Shown here: piece by piece, positions 39,711 to 58,757 of the stretch
Numbering within the stretch: position 1 is the first letter of the stretch
Layout: each line of letters begins with the position of its first letter
Source: Amoeboaphelidium protococcarum X5
Taxonomy: Eukaryota > Fungi > Aphelidiomycota
Assembly: GCA_023515725.1 (NCBI GenBank)
Contig: JALDTO010000142.1
Coordinates: 124,001-188,000, forward strand
DNA: 64,000 nucleotides
Direction: 5' to 3'
Position numbers and translations under genes: made by a program
The notes under the pieces: generated by a model
What the model saw: the letters and a program-made list of their open reading frames with translations, nothing else
Databases searched by the model: none
Told to the model about the DNA's origin: nothing

Positions 39711-42700
39711 TCACAAGTCTTCCAGCGCGTAGTCGACAGCTTCATTCAACAGATGCATTTTGAAAGTCACGCTGAGTTGTCTCATCAACTTCAACCAATG
39801 CACAACATCATCTTTGGTACGCAGCACAGATGAAGACGCAGCGCTCTTAAACTACTTATTTTGCAAATGACTGTCATGAGCATACACCACGGCATACTAG
39901 TTGGCACAAGTTCTACAGTTGGAAAATAGAAACTCATTCTTCAGCTGATTACAGCGAGTACACTTGAGATCGCGCAGTTGATGCTTCACCAGACCAGCAG
40001 TCAGCATCTCAATTAACGATTCTTCCAATTGATGCAAGTCGTAAGGCATTTGGCATTCTAAACAACACAGCACAGGACTACCATCAGTTGACTACAAGGC
40101 ATCATGTACCAGATCCAGATCCCTGACGCTTTGGCAGCATGCGCACACGGTATGGCTCACAACGATCGACTTGCTCCACTCTGAGGAGAACTAAGCCTCT
40201 GCACTAAATTCTCGCACACCGATAAGATTCAATGCATTCTTCTTCATAATTCTCACTTCATCTTGCACCTGGTAGGAGAGAGACAGAAGATGACAGATGG
40301 TCTTTATAAACTCGAGGCTGGGATTAGATCTCTAGTCATGACACAAGTTGAAAGCGGGAGGAAACTTGAGCAGTTGCATCTCCTCTTCACTAAGTACACC
40401 ATTCACAGTTGCTTGGATGTCCGACACAAAATCAAGCAGTTGAGGAGACAAGATTTCGCGGATAATTCTACCACGCTCCACCGAAATTTACTTTTTTAAT
40501 TCATCTGGTGTCAGTCTTTTCTATTGCAACTGTTGATGCTCAGAAGGTGCACCAGTAGGATGACCAGCTTCAAACTACTAAGCTTTCACACGGACTTGTA
40601 CTTCTTTAGTCAGCTCCAAGAAACGAATGATAAACTTGTCGAGGTGGCTCTGGAGAAGAGAGGGTAACAACTTCTTGACACACCAATTCATCTAGCATTA
40701 TACACCGCCATCAACATCGCACTTTAACCCACCAAAATTGTACTTGTCCATCCACAAGAGACTGTCCCAATAGGCAGAATCACCAAGTTCCAGAGCGGCA
40801 AACATGTCCTTGTCCAAAAGACTTTACAATATAAAGTCGTTCCAAGCTTTAGCATTGGCATGAGACGTCTTCGTAGTGACAATGATAATCTTATCGTACG
40901 TGGCATAAATTACGTTCGCGCCTAATCTTTTAAATTCTGACAATAGTTAAAGTAGGACCTTCTTCATCAACTACTGGACGTACGCATGAATTGCGGGATC
41001 ATACAGCTTGGACGACGGTGACGATATCCAGCGGTAAACACTGTCGGCGAAGAGTTATGCCACGGGATTTCCAGTCAGAAGATGATCCTTCACCCATTTA
41101 CGAAGCAGATCCTTGATACTCTTAAACGCCTGAAATGATGGCATATTAGTCTCTGCACTGTGATTATTGTAATCATCCTAATAATCTTTGGCCAATTTCA
41201 GTTTCTCAATATGCTCTTCCATTGAAAGCATGTCTGCATTACCCAGTCCAGCATATGGATGGGCCCCTTCATACTCATTGATAGCTGTAGACTAAAGAAT
41301 TGCATTCAGACACAGATTCCGAATCTTATACTCAATACACACCGTATCATAATACGCCGGAAAGTTCAACTCCATCTACTGCGACGTTCCACTGCTATCC
41401 GTACCAATGCCAAGAGTACCACTGTCATCATTCTCAATACCACCCAAATCAGGTCGATTCGACGTTGAATACCACAACACTACATCCCTCTACTTGAGAA
41501 TTCTTGCCAACTACATATCCATCGCGTGCAAGACTGGCTCATTGGAGCAAAGACAGCCCAGCGGAATATTAGCATAACTGGAAAGGATCAAGCGATCATT
41601 AAGCCACTCATGAGAGTCAATAAAGCCTTGAAATAGCCTTTTACACGCGTATTTTTGCCAGTCAATAGAAGGGAGTTGGTCACTGCTTACAGAAGATGAG
41701 CTCAACGAAATACTCGGCACGCTTTTCATAACCCTCATCTATCTGGATAATAAATCCCCACAAACATTAGACTGTACCAAGAGTGATACCGGAGACTTTG
41801 AAGAACTGATGGTCGACTTGAGGATATTATTCATTTGCTTGAACGCCTAATCAAAAGACTGGGTGTTACTCTGCTTGAAGTCCATACGCTCGGGTAGACC
41901 ATACAGAGACAGAACTTCGTCACTTAAGCTTAGCGTGGATTTCACAATTCTATCTTGATAGATGGCCGACAATGGAAAAGAGCTATTCGACTTATGAGGA
42001 TCCACAAAAACTACAAAGCATTCATTTCGAGCGGGAAAAAGTAAAGCCAACGTACCGCGACTGTCTCTTTAGATAACATTGAGATAAGCAAACTACACTT
42101 GACAATCAACAAATAACTGTAGCTGATTGACACCTTCGCCGTTCGCCTGCATTAACTGATTCAACTAGTAGATATTGGAGGTCTTTGTGATACCAGATTG
42201 ACGAGCAACTGACGGGTCAAGTCTACATATGTTGCCCACTTCAATCACAGCTCTATCATTTGATGACAGCTAGCTTTCAAACACGCCCAAGGTGTCAGGA
42301 TGTGCCGCAAATAACTAATACTACATGGCGGAACTATCAAAGGAAGCTTCCTGAGTACATACTTCATACAGGTGAACTGGCTTAAGACACCGAGGTAAGA
42401 ACTTGTTAGTCCTGGGCAACCGGTTCTGAGGATCGGGATATCTGGTATTCACATAGAACAGTTTAGGAATTTGCACTTACACGCTGCGCATACTTCCATC
42501 GACCAGAGTCCATAAAGTGTAAATGCCAGGGGAGTCGGTAGAAGCAAATTGCAAAATATTCCAAGTGCCAGTTTACAGACTCCTCGAACTGCTCTCGTAA
42601 AACTACTGGACAGAATTTTGATTCAATTGCGCGTCTACTTCTGGATTGCTCATACCTTGACGTCTAGCTTCTCGTCTCAAGCGCTGAAGCTTCCACTTGA

Positions 42701-45700
42701 TTTTCTGATAACTCACAAAGGCGTTGAAATCCTCATCAATGTCAGGCATTTCCTTGGGCAATTAAAGTTGAGACTACTTATCTTCAGTCTTCTTCAGAGC
42801 CTTTTTCATTGCAGCTGGAAGATTTGACGGCACTCCAACATCTTCAATATCAATACCATGTTACTTGCTAGCCTTAAAAGTGTCAAACCTCTCGCGAGTG
42901 GACTTCTGCAAAGAGTTTCCCTTAAAGAGCAGATCAGTCAGTTTCTCCTATCTCTGATCCTTGCCATTTCTCTTGTTCTTCAAAAGCCAGTCTGGATGCT
43001 GCAGCCGCACAACAGGATTAGGAATATTCTACATGGCAGCAGGAATAGTGATCAGCTTCTAAACGGTTGAACCCAGACGCTCAATATAGTATCCCCAGTC
43101 CAAAATGTCTCTGAGATTAAAGTCAATCTGGGACTTGTCATTGAGCCATTTGCGCAAATAATGTCTGCGCACTGCAGGCTCAGCTTGGAAGATAGCAATA
43201 GGAATCGCCCTTTCAGCCACAGGAGAGCCAACAGGCCGATTAGCAATGACAAACTGACACGCAAGTCCCTTGTCTTTCACCATTTCGTCACCCAAAAACT
43301 CAGCCAATCTCTTGGCAGTGCTAATAGATGTCGACTTTTATGAGCCATAATCCTCCAACGTCTTGGACATACTTCTGTTCTCTGAAATATACTCCATCAG
43401 CTCTTCATCCGAAATAGTACTGCCTTTTGAGAATAAAATATCCAGCCATCTATCGGCTACACGAGCCACGTGGTCATAGCATTCAGCCAGCGAACTTCCC
43501 TCCAAGAATTACTTGAACACTTCAGATTGAAAGATTTTGATAATTTTCAGTTCACCACGGCGCTTGATTTCAAAGCCTTTAAGCTCAGCCAGAGATCCAT
43601 CATCGTTAAAGACAGCGTATCGCTTCTTCAGCAACTTATTCTCCTCCTTTGATGCTGGTAGAATCATTGCACGGTAGGGGCCATCAACTTCAAAAAAGAT
43701 GGAGTTCTCTGAAGACATCTCATACTCTAAAGTCTAAGGATTAACCAGTGTCTGATATTGGTGATTGGTAAACTACGCATGAACAAGATGGTTCAGCATA
43801 ACACACGGATAAGATATCTTGATTCCCTTACCATTCTTAAGATTAAATTTGAACTCTTCCGGAAAACTCTTTGGTAAGATACACCAAATTCCATCAGTAT
43901 CAAGCTCAAGAGGTCGACCAATCTTCTCAACAATTTAACGAGCCAGCTGAATAATGTTCGCACCTGTCAGACACACAATGCCAGCCATCTCCATCGAGTA
44001 CCATCTACTGCCTTTACGCATCACATATCCGTAGAATGAGTTCAAAATACACTTGTGCGCCAACTGGAGAGAGTCCATGAGAACAACCATCTTCTTAGCC
44101 TCATCAACAGCCAGAACATCTTAAGACTACGCGGCTTGATCTTATTTACCTTTCCATTGCTTCAACTTTCCTTTGTATTCATAACGACGATCACGGAATT
44201 TACGAACAGTGTCCACGTAGAAGGAGTTCTCTCTCTAACATACAATTGACTCCTTTTCCATGACTCGCTCCTCCTTCACTTTATGGTAAATCTTGCGGCA
44301 GTAATCAGACAGGCGTTTGTTAAAGATAGTCTGCTACTCACTCTCGGTCAAATCTGACCATTTTCTCCACGGCAACTCTGGCTTTTTGGGCTTGAATAGC
44401 TCACTCTCCAACTGATTTCTAACCATACTGACCTCCGATCTATCAGCGGGATAATACTCTCCTCTCCAAGACCATTTCATTGGACGCTGACATTGCGCGT
44501 CGGGTGAATAAAAATCACATGCAGCACAATCAGCCTCAGACACCAAGGCAGGAGGCTAAAGACGATTAGTAAGAATAATGTTCGGATACATAGCAGCCAC
44601 ATCCAGATGATAAATCAAAGGACCTTCCATTCTCACTGGCTCATCACGAAGTTGCTCGAGCGTATCCTAAATCGCACTTTTAACATCTTCATAGTTTGTC
44701 ACTTCTTCAAGAGGAACCTGAGACTCAACTTCGATACTGAACTGCAAAGCTTTGTCCAAATCGTCAATCAAATCCTAAAACTTTTCTGGGTCAAGCTTAA
44801 AATGACACGGCAGGTCGCTTCTAAATACTCCAGACTCCAAAGCTTCTACGTGGCCACCGACATAAGTCTCGCCACTGAGAAGATGACCTCCAAATTGCTT
44901 ATTGTGCTCCTCTCTGTGCTTATTGGGCATAATCACGTTGGCCTTGTAAGCCTCAACCATGAGCAACATCTCACAAAGTGTACCAGAACCTTTACGAAGA
45001 ACATCGTCCGGATTCAAGGGAATAATCATACAAAGAGAGAATATGAACGGATGCACATACTTCATGTACAAATAGTAAGTAGCCACAGCGTCAGACACTG
45101 AATAATCTGCAAGAACTGTAGGCTATTCAGCAGCATATGGAGTCATAAGCTCGGGATCCAACTCTTTCGGATCATAACCGAGCTTGGCTTTAGTGACAGC
45201 CTTGAGACCTTGACTTCCGACTGGCAGATAACTATCACGCTTCACCCATTTCAGACAATCCATATGTGATGCATAAGAACTGCAATACTCATCCTAATCG
45301 TTCTTTGCAAACCCAATTTCCTAATACATATCAAGCTCGTGAACCTTGGATCTCTACTCAATGAATGGCCAGTCAAAAAAGTCTCCATTATAAGTGACAA
45401 ATACATGAGGCTACACTTGACGAATATGCTCATAGAATCTAATCAACAATTCCTTCTCCGACTCTTCATTAAATACAATGAACGGACCTTGAAATTCATC
45501 AGAAGGAGAATACTGGAAATCGTCAATATCTTGCGAGACAATTTCCCTGTTGGTGATGAGATATCCTTGACCATCAATCATATAGGAAATCATCATTATT
45601 TGGTCCACAGCAACATCAGGAAACTTCAAAGGAGCCTTTGTGGTTTCTATATCAAATGCTAATACTCGCGGATCAGCAGGGATCAGAATGTCATGCTGCC

Positions 45701-46511
45701 GCTAAATGTAAACTTTACCACTGTCTTCACTTACATTATACCAAAGACCGACTCGATAATCGTGATCAATGGCCACTCTGGTCACAAATGGAATGTCATA
45801 CTCCCTAATGTCAACTATATGATCCAGGCTCTCAACCGAACCATTGCCGAGCATAGTAGAGTCATCAATATCCACATAATCATTGTCAACACCGGCATTG
45901 TTCACCACATCATAAGTCTCATAGGAATTCTAACTCTACTTGTTCTTATTTACAACACTCATCAGAGCACGACGAACTTCCAACAACTCCTCGGCGGTCC
46001 TGAACACCAACTTCAAGTATAGACGCCTATTGCCTAAAAGATGATTGTTCAAGTCCAAGTCTTCCTTCTCTACGCGGACAGTCTTCTCGAGCAAGTGAGC
46101 ATAAGTTCTCCGCACGTACGACTCAACATCAATCTCTCTGCCTTTGCGACAACAGATGAAAAAGTACGGACTCTCCACAATGGTAGTCTTAAAAGTGGAT
46201 CCATCCTAGCAAAGAAAGTAAAAGTCAACAGCTTCTCTACCATTAGGATGCTACTAATCCTGGTTCAGTGTGGACTACATATTCACCAGATAGCCCAACT
46301 TGCTTTCACTGCCATCATACGGAGGAAATCCCAATTTAGCATCGATTTAGTTCCTTCTCTCAATCGCCTTCCACATCTATTCAAGCTTCGTCTAAGTCAT
46401 CTCTACTGCACCTCCTGGCTTCCATTATCCTTATTAATTACCAGAGTGGACGGCAGCAACATTATACTTTGTACTGCCAGTCTTTTACTTCTTCTTCACT
46501 ATTCCAAACAT
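39711..46511 (-). CDS. POL2: DNA polymerase epsilon catalytic subunit (intronless)
   Basis: 2266-aa single frame. [45 protein letters not shown](TAG)[33 protein letters not shown], and two C-terminal Cys4 clusters. Confidence 0.97.
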
Positions 46512-46557
46512 ACCTTTAACTAATGATATTAATGGCAATTGGATATGTTACAGCAGG

Positions 46558-46712
46558 ACGCGTCGTACAGAGTACCGTAAAGAGAAGGACGAGCGGTGAA
46601 ACGTTGAAACAAAACGGGCCGATCGGGTGGAACTTTAAAATCGCGCGATACACGGCTGGACAGATTGACGTCAAGAAGGAATGATGAAGGAGAGACGATA
46701 GATTTTGGCGCG
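46558..46712. promoter_or_regulatory. Cluster of CGCG-core elements in the divergent POL2 promoter: MCB-like ACGCGT at 46558, TCGCGCGA at 46641, E2F-like TTTTGGCGCG at 46703
   Basis: Motifs read directly from the sequence. Function is inferred only from similarity to MBF and E2F consensus sites. Confidence 0.4.
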
Positions 46713-46801
46713 TCTGATGCGAAACGACGACTAAATCAATGGCTCAATTATGATTGATGAGCTTTCTTTATCATTCAACTTTAAACTGTATCAGATTCAT
46801 A

Positions 46802-47503
46802 ATGATGTCTGCTAAGAATATGCGTAAACTTACAATAGCTACTTCCATATGCACATTGGTTGTGGCAGTTCTGGGAATCGTGTTGCTATCGTTTCAGCTG
46901 GACGATGTTAATAAGAATGGTTTGCATAATTTAGTGCCGCAATCAATCATTATCGTGTTGATAGTCTTTGCCGCATTCTTGATACTGTTCAACTTGTGGT
47001 ACATTTATCAGGCTGCAAAAGGCTCAATTCAAGGCGTGAAGTTGGGAATGCTGGTTAACACCTTTCTCCTACTGTTTGCATTTGTCATGCTGTGTGAGAT
47101 TCTTATTCAAGTACATCACGTCAATGACGACGGATTTGATCTCGGCATGAAACAAATGGTGGCGCAACTCGATGATCTTTCTGACGGCGCGTCCAGTGTA
47201 AAATCTGAAACAGCATTGGTTTCATCACTGACTTTCTAACAAACAGAATGTGATGTCTCGAACGCGTTGTATACTATATATGCAATTAATATCGCTAGAC
47301 ATGCTGTCAACTTGCTACTGATCATCATATCTACTGTTTTGGTGTTTCTGTTTTTATTAACTGTGCAGTTGTTTTGCGTTCTGACATTGCTTACTATGGT
47401 GCCGAACAATGTAGAGCAGATTGAAGATTATCAGAGGTTGTTGAATCCAACTCAATAATTAAGTGGTTCATACTCTTCTAAGACGCGTCACTCTCTAGCT
47501 TGA
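46802..47503 (+). CDS. Four-transmembrane protein (tetraspanin-like topology, uncharacterised)
   Basis: Two track ORFs join through TAA into 233 aa. Three close N-terminal TM helices, a ~60-aa loop, then a fourth hydrophobic stretch. No CCG motif. The start could be slightly upstream. Confidence 0.6.
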
Positions 47504-47721
47504 TTTAAAAACTGATAGTAGTTGCTTTAAATGTGTATGGCATATTATTATATATTGAATAGACACACTAATATACATGCTTTAACCGCGTCTTTGAACG
47601 CTTTCTCTTGTTGTCTCAGCTTGGAAGAATTTCCTTATAGGTGCGTTTTGTTCTTGAAATTTCTCTAAATCATCTTTACTCTTCTTACAACATCCGACAT
47701 CTTATTAGAACTTTTATCAGG

Positions 47722-48821
47722 ATGTCTGCATAATCAATATTTAAATAGCTGTAGTAGATAATTGGGTAGAATTAGAATTTAAATACTCAATTTAATGTGG
47801 TAGCTTCCTTGGTGTACGCCGTCTTTGTGCACGCGGGATTTAGGCTTGCTGACTCATAACTCGACAATGCTGTGGCTATACCTGCATCCGTGGTTGATGG
47901 TGCTACTATGGCTGAACTCAATCTAAGACATGATTAATCGTCAATGAGCTTTGAAGTTAGAATAGTCCGAATGTCAAATTAAATAATGATACACGCCACG
48001 ACTTTGGAATAGGATTAATTTTACTCTGTGAATGTTAGATTGTCAGAGCTGTTCCCCTCTGATCGGTATTCCACTCTGTCTGGACAGGACATTTAGCAGA
48101 TGACGTTCCCACAATTTATGAATATATTTAATGAGCGCAAGCTGGATGATTTCTTACATTAGATCAAGTCTGAACTGATTGGTAAATTGATCCCGGGACT
48201 CGGCAAAGAAGGATATGAGTAATCTTCCGCAACATAAAGTTAATAGAGAGAAGATAGTCGCGTTGGTGGTCGGCCTGAGCGAGGTGATGATCCTCTCAGA
48301 ATATCATAATAACCTGGAAGAGGTGCTCGGCCGGATTATGATCGCGATGTCATACCAGAACGTGTCGGTCAGGGATATCCTTACCCGCGTAATCCATTCT
48401 CCATTGGCTCTTAAGATGTTGACCCCATGGCATCGCTCTTAGGACCTCCAAGGTAACGTTTTTTCAATCTGATATTTATAAGTTTTTAAATTATGAATGT
48501 AGTGCTGGCGGTGGAATGTTCGTGGGACCTGGACATCCATTGTTTGGTTAAGGACCACACGCGTCCCCTTCATCTTCCGGTTTCGGACGGCCACCTTTGG
48601 CTGGTCCATCCGGTCAACGGTTGCCACCTGGAGCAATACCTCCTGGTGCTAGATTTGATCCAATTGTTCCAGATTTGGGAAGATAGCCTCGCCCTCGCCC
48701 TCCCAGAAGGTATGCTGATTGATATAAATTCTTCATGATCTTTATTATTATCATGATTTGTAGCGGTGAACCAGACAATGATGAGTTACAACCACCTGGC
48801 TATGGAGATATGTTCTTCTGA
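47722..48821 (+). CDS. PSMF1: Proteasome inhibitor PI31/Fub1; exons 47722-48452, 48503-48709, 48764-48821
   Basis: FP domain (HAGFRL..RHDQSSMSF), IGSQDVDP, GGGMFVGPGHPLF, LPPGAIPPGARFDPI, GEPDNDELQPPGYGDMFF-TGA. Introns at 48453-48502 (50 nt) and 48710-48763 (54 nt). Confidence 0.88.
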
Positions 48822-49216
48822 CAACATACTTGGCATTATGAAAGGAATTATATATTCATCTTAACAATCAAAACTATGTAAATATTAATGAATTTGGCTC
48901 TGCATTTGTCTAATGATATGATCAATATTTTTTCTTGATTAGTCTCTTATGCGTTCAAAATGGTTGTATAGTGTTAATCTCAAACACAGCCTTGATATCT
49001 ATCAGCTTCATCTAAGATCACTCACTGTACTTCATCTTAAGCGTTGATGGATTGAAGTGGCCAACTTTCCGTGTGGACAGTTTCAACTACTGTGCCGTAA
49101 CTCTTTCCCGCTTGAGGCGGATTTAAACGCGCGCGCAGTTCTTTCCCCTCCTTTTCTTTCTTTTAAATTGCCTCCATTGATTGAAAGAAAAACAAATTCA
49201 CTTTTAGTACTGTATC

Positions 49217-54349
<5,133 letters not shown>

Positions 54350-54803
54350 TGTTTTGTTTTTAATGTATTTTAATATTGAAAATTAACAGATTTGTTTTGA
54401 ATCACTTTAATTTTGCTATCATTGCTTGCTTTTAAAATGCCAGAGGACCAACTAAGACTGCCAATGTCACGTTAGCACTCGCCTCACCGCAAATATACAA
54501 GTAATCTTAATTGATAGTACTTATTCGTTTGATTCATGGAAGAATTTTGCTGTTGACGCGAATTTTATGCTGAGCTTTTATCATCATCATTGGACCATTC
54601 ACTACGTCTCTCCTGAAATCATGATAGGGGGACTCTCTTACAATCAGCTGGAGTTGTCCCCTGAACTCGTTATTTGGAGGCATATTGCGGACATCTTCAA
54701 TCGTATCTTATTCTTTTTACATATCAGCTTTCTCTGTAAATCTTATTACAATTTATATCTAGAGGTTGTGTGAATAGTATAATATCGCGTTAGATATCTG
54801 AAA

Positions 54804-56837
54804 ATGTAGTTATCACGTAATGCTACCACGTTGCTCTTGTCGATCATGATTGATCTTGGCGTCCGCGCTCAGTCTGTGCCGAGCACTTGCGGCAATGGTC
54901 AGGTCGATTCAGGTGAACAGTGTGATCCTTCTGCGCAAAGCTTTTCTTCTGAATGCTGCACTAGTTAGTGCTAATTTGCTCCCGAGTATTCTCAATGTCA
55001 ATTTGGTAATGGCGTGTGTAATCGCGGTCAATGCAGTAGTCGTGCATCTCAGTGCTCGGTGTATGATGGCACTTACATGTAATTTGAATTCCCCGTGTAG
55101 CCTGGTAACATATCCAATGTCAGAGGTCCTTTTTCTGTCTGCTCTGCCGACTCTGCTCCATCATCATCTTCCTCATCTTAACAATCTGTCGTGTCTCTTA
55201 TCAATGGTGGAGGCACTTCGCAGTCTTCTTTGCTGCCTCAGCTGTTGAGTGCTGATAGTTTGGCACAATCCAAGTGCTCGCCAGCGTGCCAAGGTACTGG
55301 ATCCAATGGTAGTCCTTTCTGTACTGATTTTACCCAATTTAGAAATTTGCCTGTCAGTGTTGCTGATTTCTTGCCTTGTATTTCAGATTAAACTCAAGGC
55401 GTGGCGGTGAAGGACTGGTATGATGCTCTACAGAGTGGCGCCGATAACAATGATGATCAATAGATACTGGATGCGATTCAAGAAAAGTTGCAAGTTGGTG
55501 TCTGTGTCAATGGTTCGTGCCGTGTTGGTAGTGATCAGATCTGTCGTCAAAGAAGATGTTCCAACTAGGGTGAGTGCGTTTTATCAGCATCAGCTCAGAA
55601 TTTCCTGCTTGGTGTTATGGGGATTTCTTACGAAGTATAGGCGGGCAATTAGACGTCCACCTCCACGTCAGCTGTCTAATGTAAGTGCGATGATGGTTTT
55701 GGCGGCGTGGATTGTTCTCAGACTACTGCGCAAGACTCGTCCAATGAGGACCAGTCTAATGACAGAGAATCAGCTGCTGTACAAGGATTTGTTCCAAAAT
55801 CTTAGTATGAAAGCGCTCTAATTGGTGCCACCATTGGGTCCTTTTTCGGTGCTCTTATTATGGCTGGATGTCTTTGTCTGTGCTGGGGCTGCTTTAGCCG
55901 CTCTAATAAGAAGAAGCGTGATCAGGAGGCGGCCGCTCTGTTCTATGCGAAGAATGGACCTTATGATCCTATGATAGATGATCAGTAGAATGTATATGCT
56001 CATAATGGCCCATCCCTACATGATATTGCCGTGGTGAATGCTGACAGTCATGAAGATGATGGCTCCGTTAAGCCGATCAGAGTTGACGATTTCTCAGGGC
56101 CTGATGCTAATGGTATGCACAATACTGAAAAGGATTTCGATCATCTCTTGAGTATTGGGGACCATGCTTTGGCTACCGCTTCTAGTAGTAATAGAGGATA
56201 TAGTATTGGCGAAGAAGAGGTCGATATTGGCACCTTGCCGGTTAATGGTGGATTCCAGTCCAACTCAAGCCCAGTTCACGATGAATTTGCTCAAGCCGAC
56301 ACTCTAGTAAATCAGCAGTAGCCTATGCAAGAGTTTGAGAAGAGTTATATATCAGACCTGCCTTTATCTCATATCTACTCCATGGGAGCTGGTCACGCGC
56401 TGGTCGATGCTGCATAGTCCTAGCCACAAGCCGGTTCTTCCAATAAAACTTCCATGCCACCACCACTACCTTAAATCACGGTGAGCGGGGAGGAATAAAA
56501 TTATCTGCGTGCATCCCACACTTATACACCGAGACTGGCTGATGAACTGGAACTCCTCCCAGGCGATGTACTGTATCTAATCAAAACTTTTGACGATGGT
56601 TGGGCTAAGGCATACAATATGAGAAGCGGAAATGAAGGAATATTCCCAATGGGCTTCGTGAAGAAGGTGACTCTGAACAAGGCTTAGCTTGAGGAAGGCT
56701 AGAAGAATATGCCAAAGTCAATGTTCTAGAATGGGGTTCTCAAAGACGACGCGATGGCCAGCTCCGAGCCTGCTGGATCATCCGAAGTCCAAAGAAGGTC
56801 TTCCCTACTGAAGAATTCAAAGACTGGAAAGAAGTGA
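54804..56837 (+). CDS. Single-pass membrane protein: signal peptide, disintegrin/ADAM-Cys-rich-like and EGF-like ectodomain, TM helix, cytosolic SH3
   Basis: 677 aa. CGNGQVDSGEQCD..CC..C, GVCNRGQCSSRASQC, CKCDDGFGGVDC, TM LIGATIGSFFGALIMAGCLCLCW followed by KKKR, SH3 YTPRLADELEL..GD..DDGWA..GIFPMGFV. Confidence 0.8.
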
Positions 56838-57127
56838 TTAATATAATATAAAGTTTAGATTGTGACAGTTGTGAGTTAATAACATAGATAATTTAATTTT
56901 AAATTAATATTTAACTTGTTTGATATATCTAGCAGGCATCCATTCCTTTTTTTTGTAACCATCACATGTAAAAGCTCAGGCAGCCAGTCGACACGCGAAG
57001 AATCGCGCCGAAGTTAAGCGAATCATTTAGAATTTGATTCAAACAATTGACTCTGACACGGAGCGTATAGTAAATTCCCTTCTTATCCTCTCAAAATTCT
57101 TATCATAAATTTTAAATTCAAATCACA

Positions 57128-58306
57128 ATGGGTAAAGATTACTACAAGACTTTAGGTGTTGATAAGAGCGCTAATGATGCGGACATTAAGAAGGCGTACA
57201 GAAAGTTATCACTGAAGCACCATCCCGACCGTAATTTGGACAATAAGGAGGAGGCTGAGAAGAAGTTTAAAGAGATCAGCGAAGCATATGAAGTCCTGAG
57301 TGATAGTAATAAACGCGCTGTATACGACCAATTTGGCGAAGAAGGTTTGAAGGGTGGAGGCGCTGGTGGTGCTGCATCTGCTGGCGGCGCTGGAATGAAT
57401 GGTTTCCCTGGTGGATTTAGCGGTTTCGGTGGAGGTAGTATGCCTGGTGGTACAACCTTTACATTCTCTTCTACCGGTGGTATGCCTGGTGCCGGAGGAT
57501 TTATGCCATCTGACCCAAATGAAATATTTAGCAAGTTCTTTTAGTCTTTTGGCGGTGCAGCTGGTGGAAGTGGAGGTTTGGATGAAAATGACTTGAGAGC
57601 ATTCGGTGGAATACCAGGATTCGGTGGGTTCCAATCAGCTGGCCGCGGTGGTAGAGGTGGCGGCCGTGCTGGTAGTGCTTCTGGTATGGCTGGTGGATTT
57701 CCTGCGTTTGGGCAACAATAATAATTCATGTCCAATGGCGGCGGGAAGCCTCAAGTTGTATCCAAGCCGCTGAAAATATCATTGGAAGATTTGTACAAGG
57801 GCTGTACCAAGAAACTAAAAGTGACACGAAAGATATTTGATCATAGTGGTTAATCTATGCAAGCGGAGAAGATTTTAACTATTGATGTAAAGCCTGGATG
57901 GAAAAGTGGTACTAAAATTAAGTTTAGCGGTGAAGGAGATGAGCTACCTGATGGCACCGCCTAAGACTTGGAATTTGTGATTGAAGAGTTGCCTCATACT
58001 GTCTACACCAGGGAAGGTGACAATCTGAAGGTGAAAATTACCGATTTGACCATAACTGAAGCCTTTTGTGGATTTTAGAGAATAGTATAAACATTGGATG
58101 ACCGCAAGCTGCGAATAAACAATAATACTGTCATATAACCACCGCACACACTCAGGTTCGCGGGTGAAGGTATGCCAAACTCAAAGACTGGCAAGAAGGG
58201 AGATCTTTTGGTGGAACTTCACGTTAAATATCCTCGCGTGGGCGCTCGATTAAACGACGCTGAAGCATCCACAATAAAGAATTGCATTGACAAACTGTAC
58301 TAATGA
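57128..58306 (+). CDS. SIS1: Type II Hsp40 (Sis1/DNAJB)
   Basis: 392 aa. J-domain with HPD, G/F- and G/M-rich linker, C-domain [32 protein letters not shown]. Confidence 0.93.
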
Positions 58307-58757
58307 ATATATACATAAATATATACTTTTATGCATCTGTTAATGACTTGATTGAACTTTTAGACTTTTGTTTTCATGCTATTATTATGCATTTTGTCGA
58401 TAACGTACGCTATAAATTCTATAGATTCTCACCGGATAAGATTCCTAATGCTCTAAATAAAAGTACGTTACGCCTTACGATTAAACAAGAACTCCATTAT
58501 GTGTTTAGAGCTATTGATCTAACGCGGGAATAATTGTTTCAGTTCACTCAGGTTATGCATCCAAACTTTTCTTACCGTCCGATCGTCGTGTGCCATTCTT
58601 ATCTCCTCGTTCTTTCTATCTGTCTGACTGGTCTCTCTCTTTCTCTCTTTCTTTCTGTATTGAGGATTTCTCTTCTTGCCTTGTTCGCCATTCTCAAGTC
58701 TGTCACTCGTGCAAAAGCTTGACATTTACTATTAAGTTTAACTGAGAAATTTAATTA

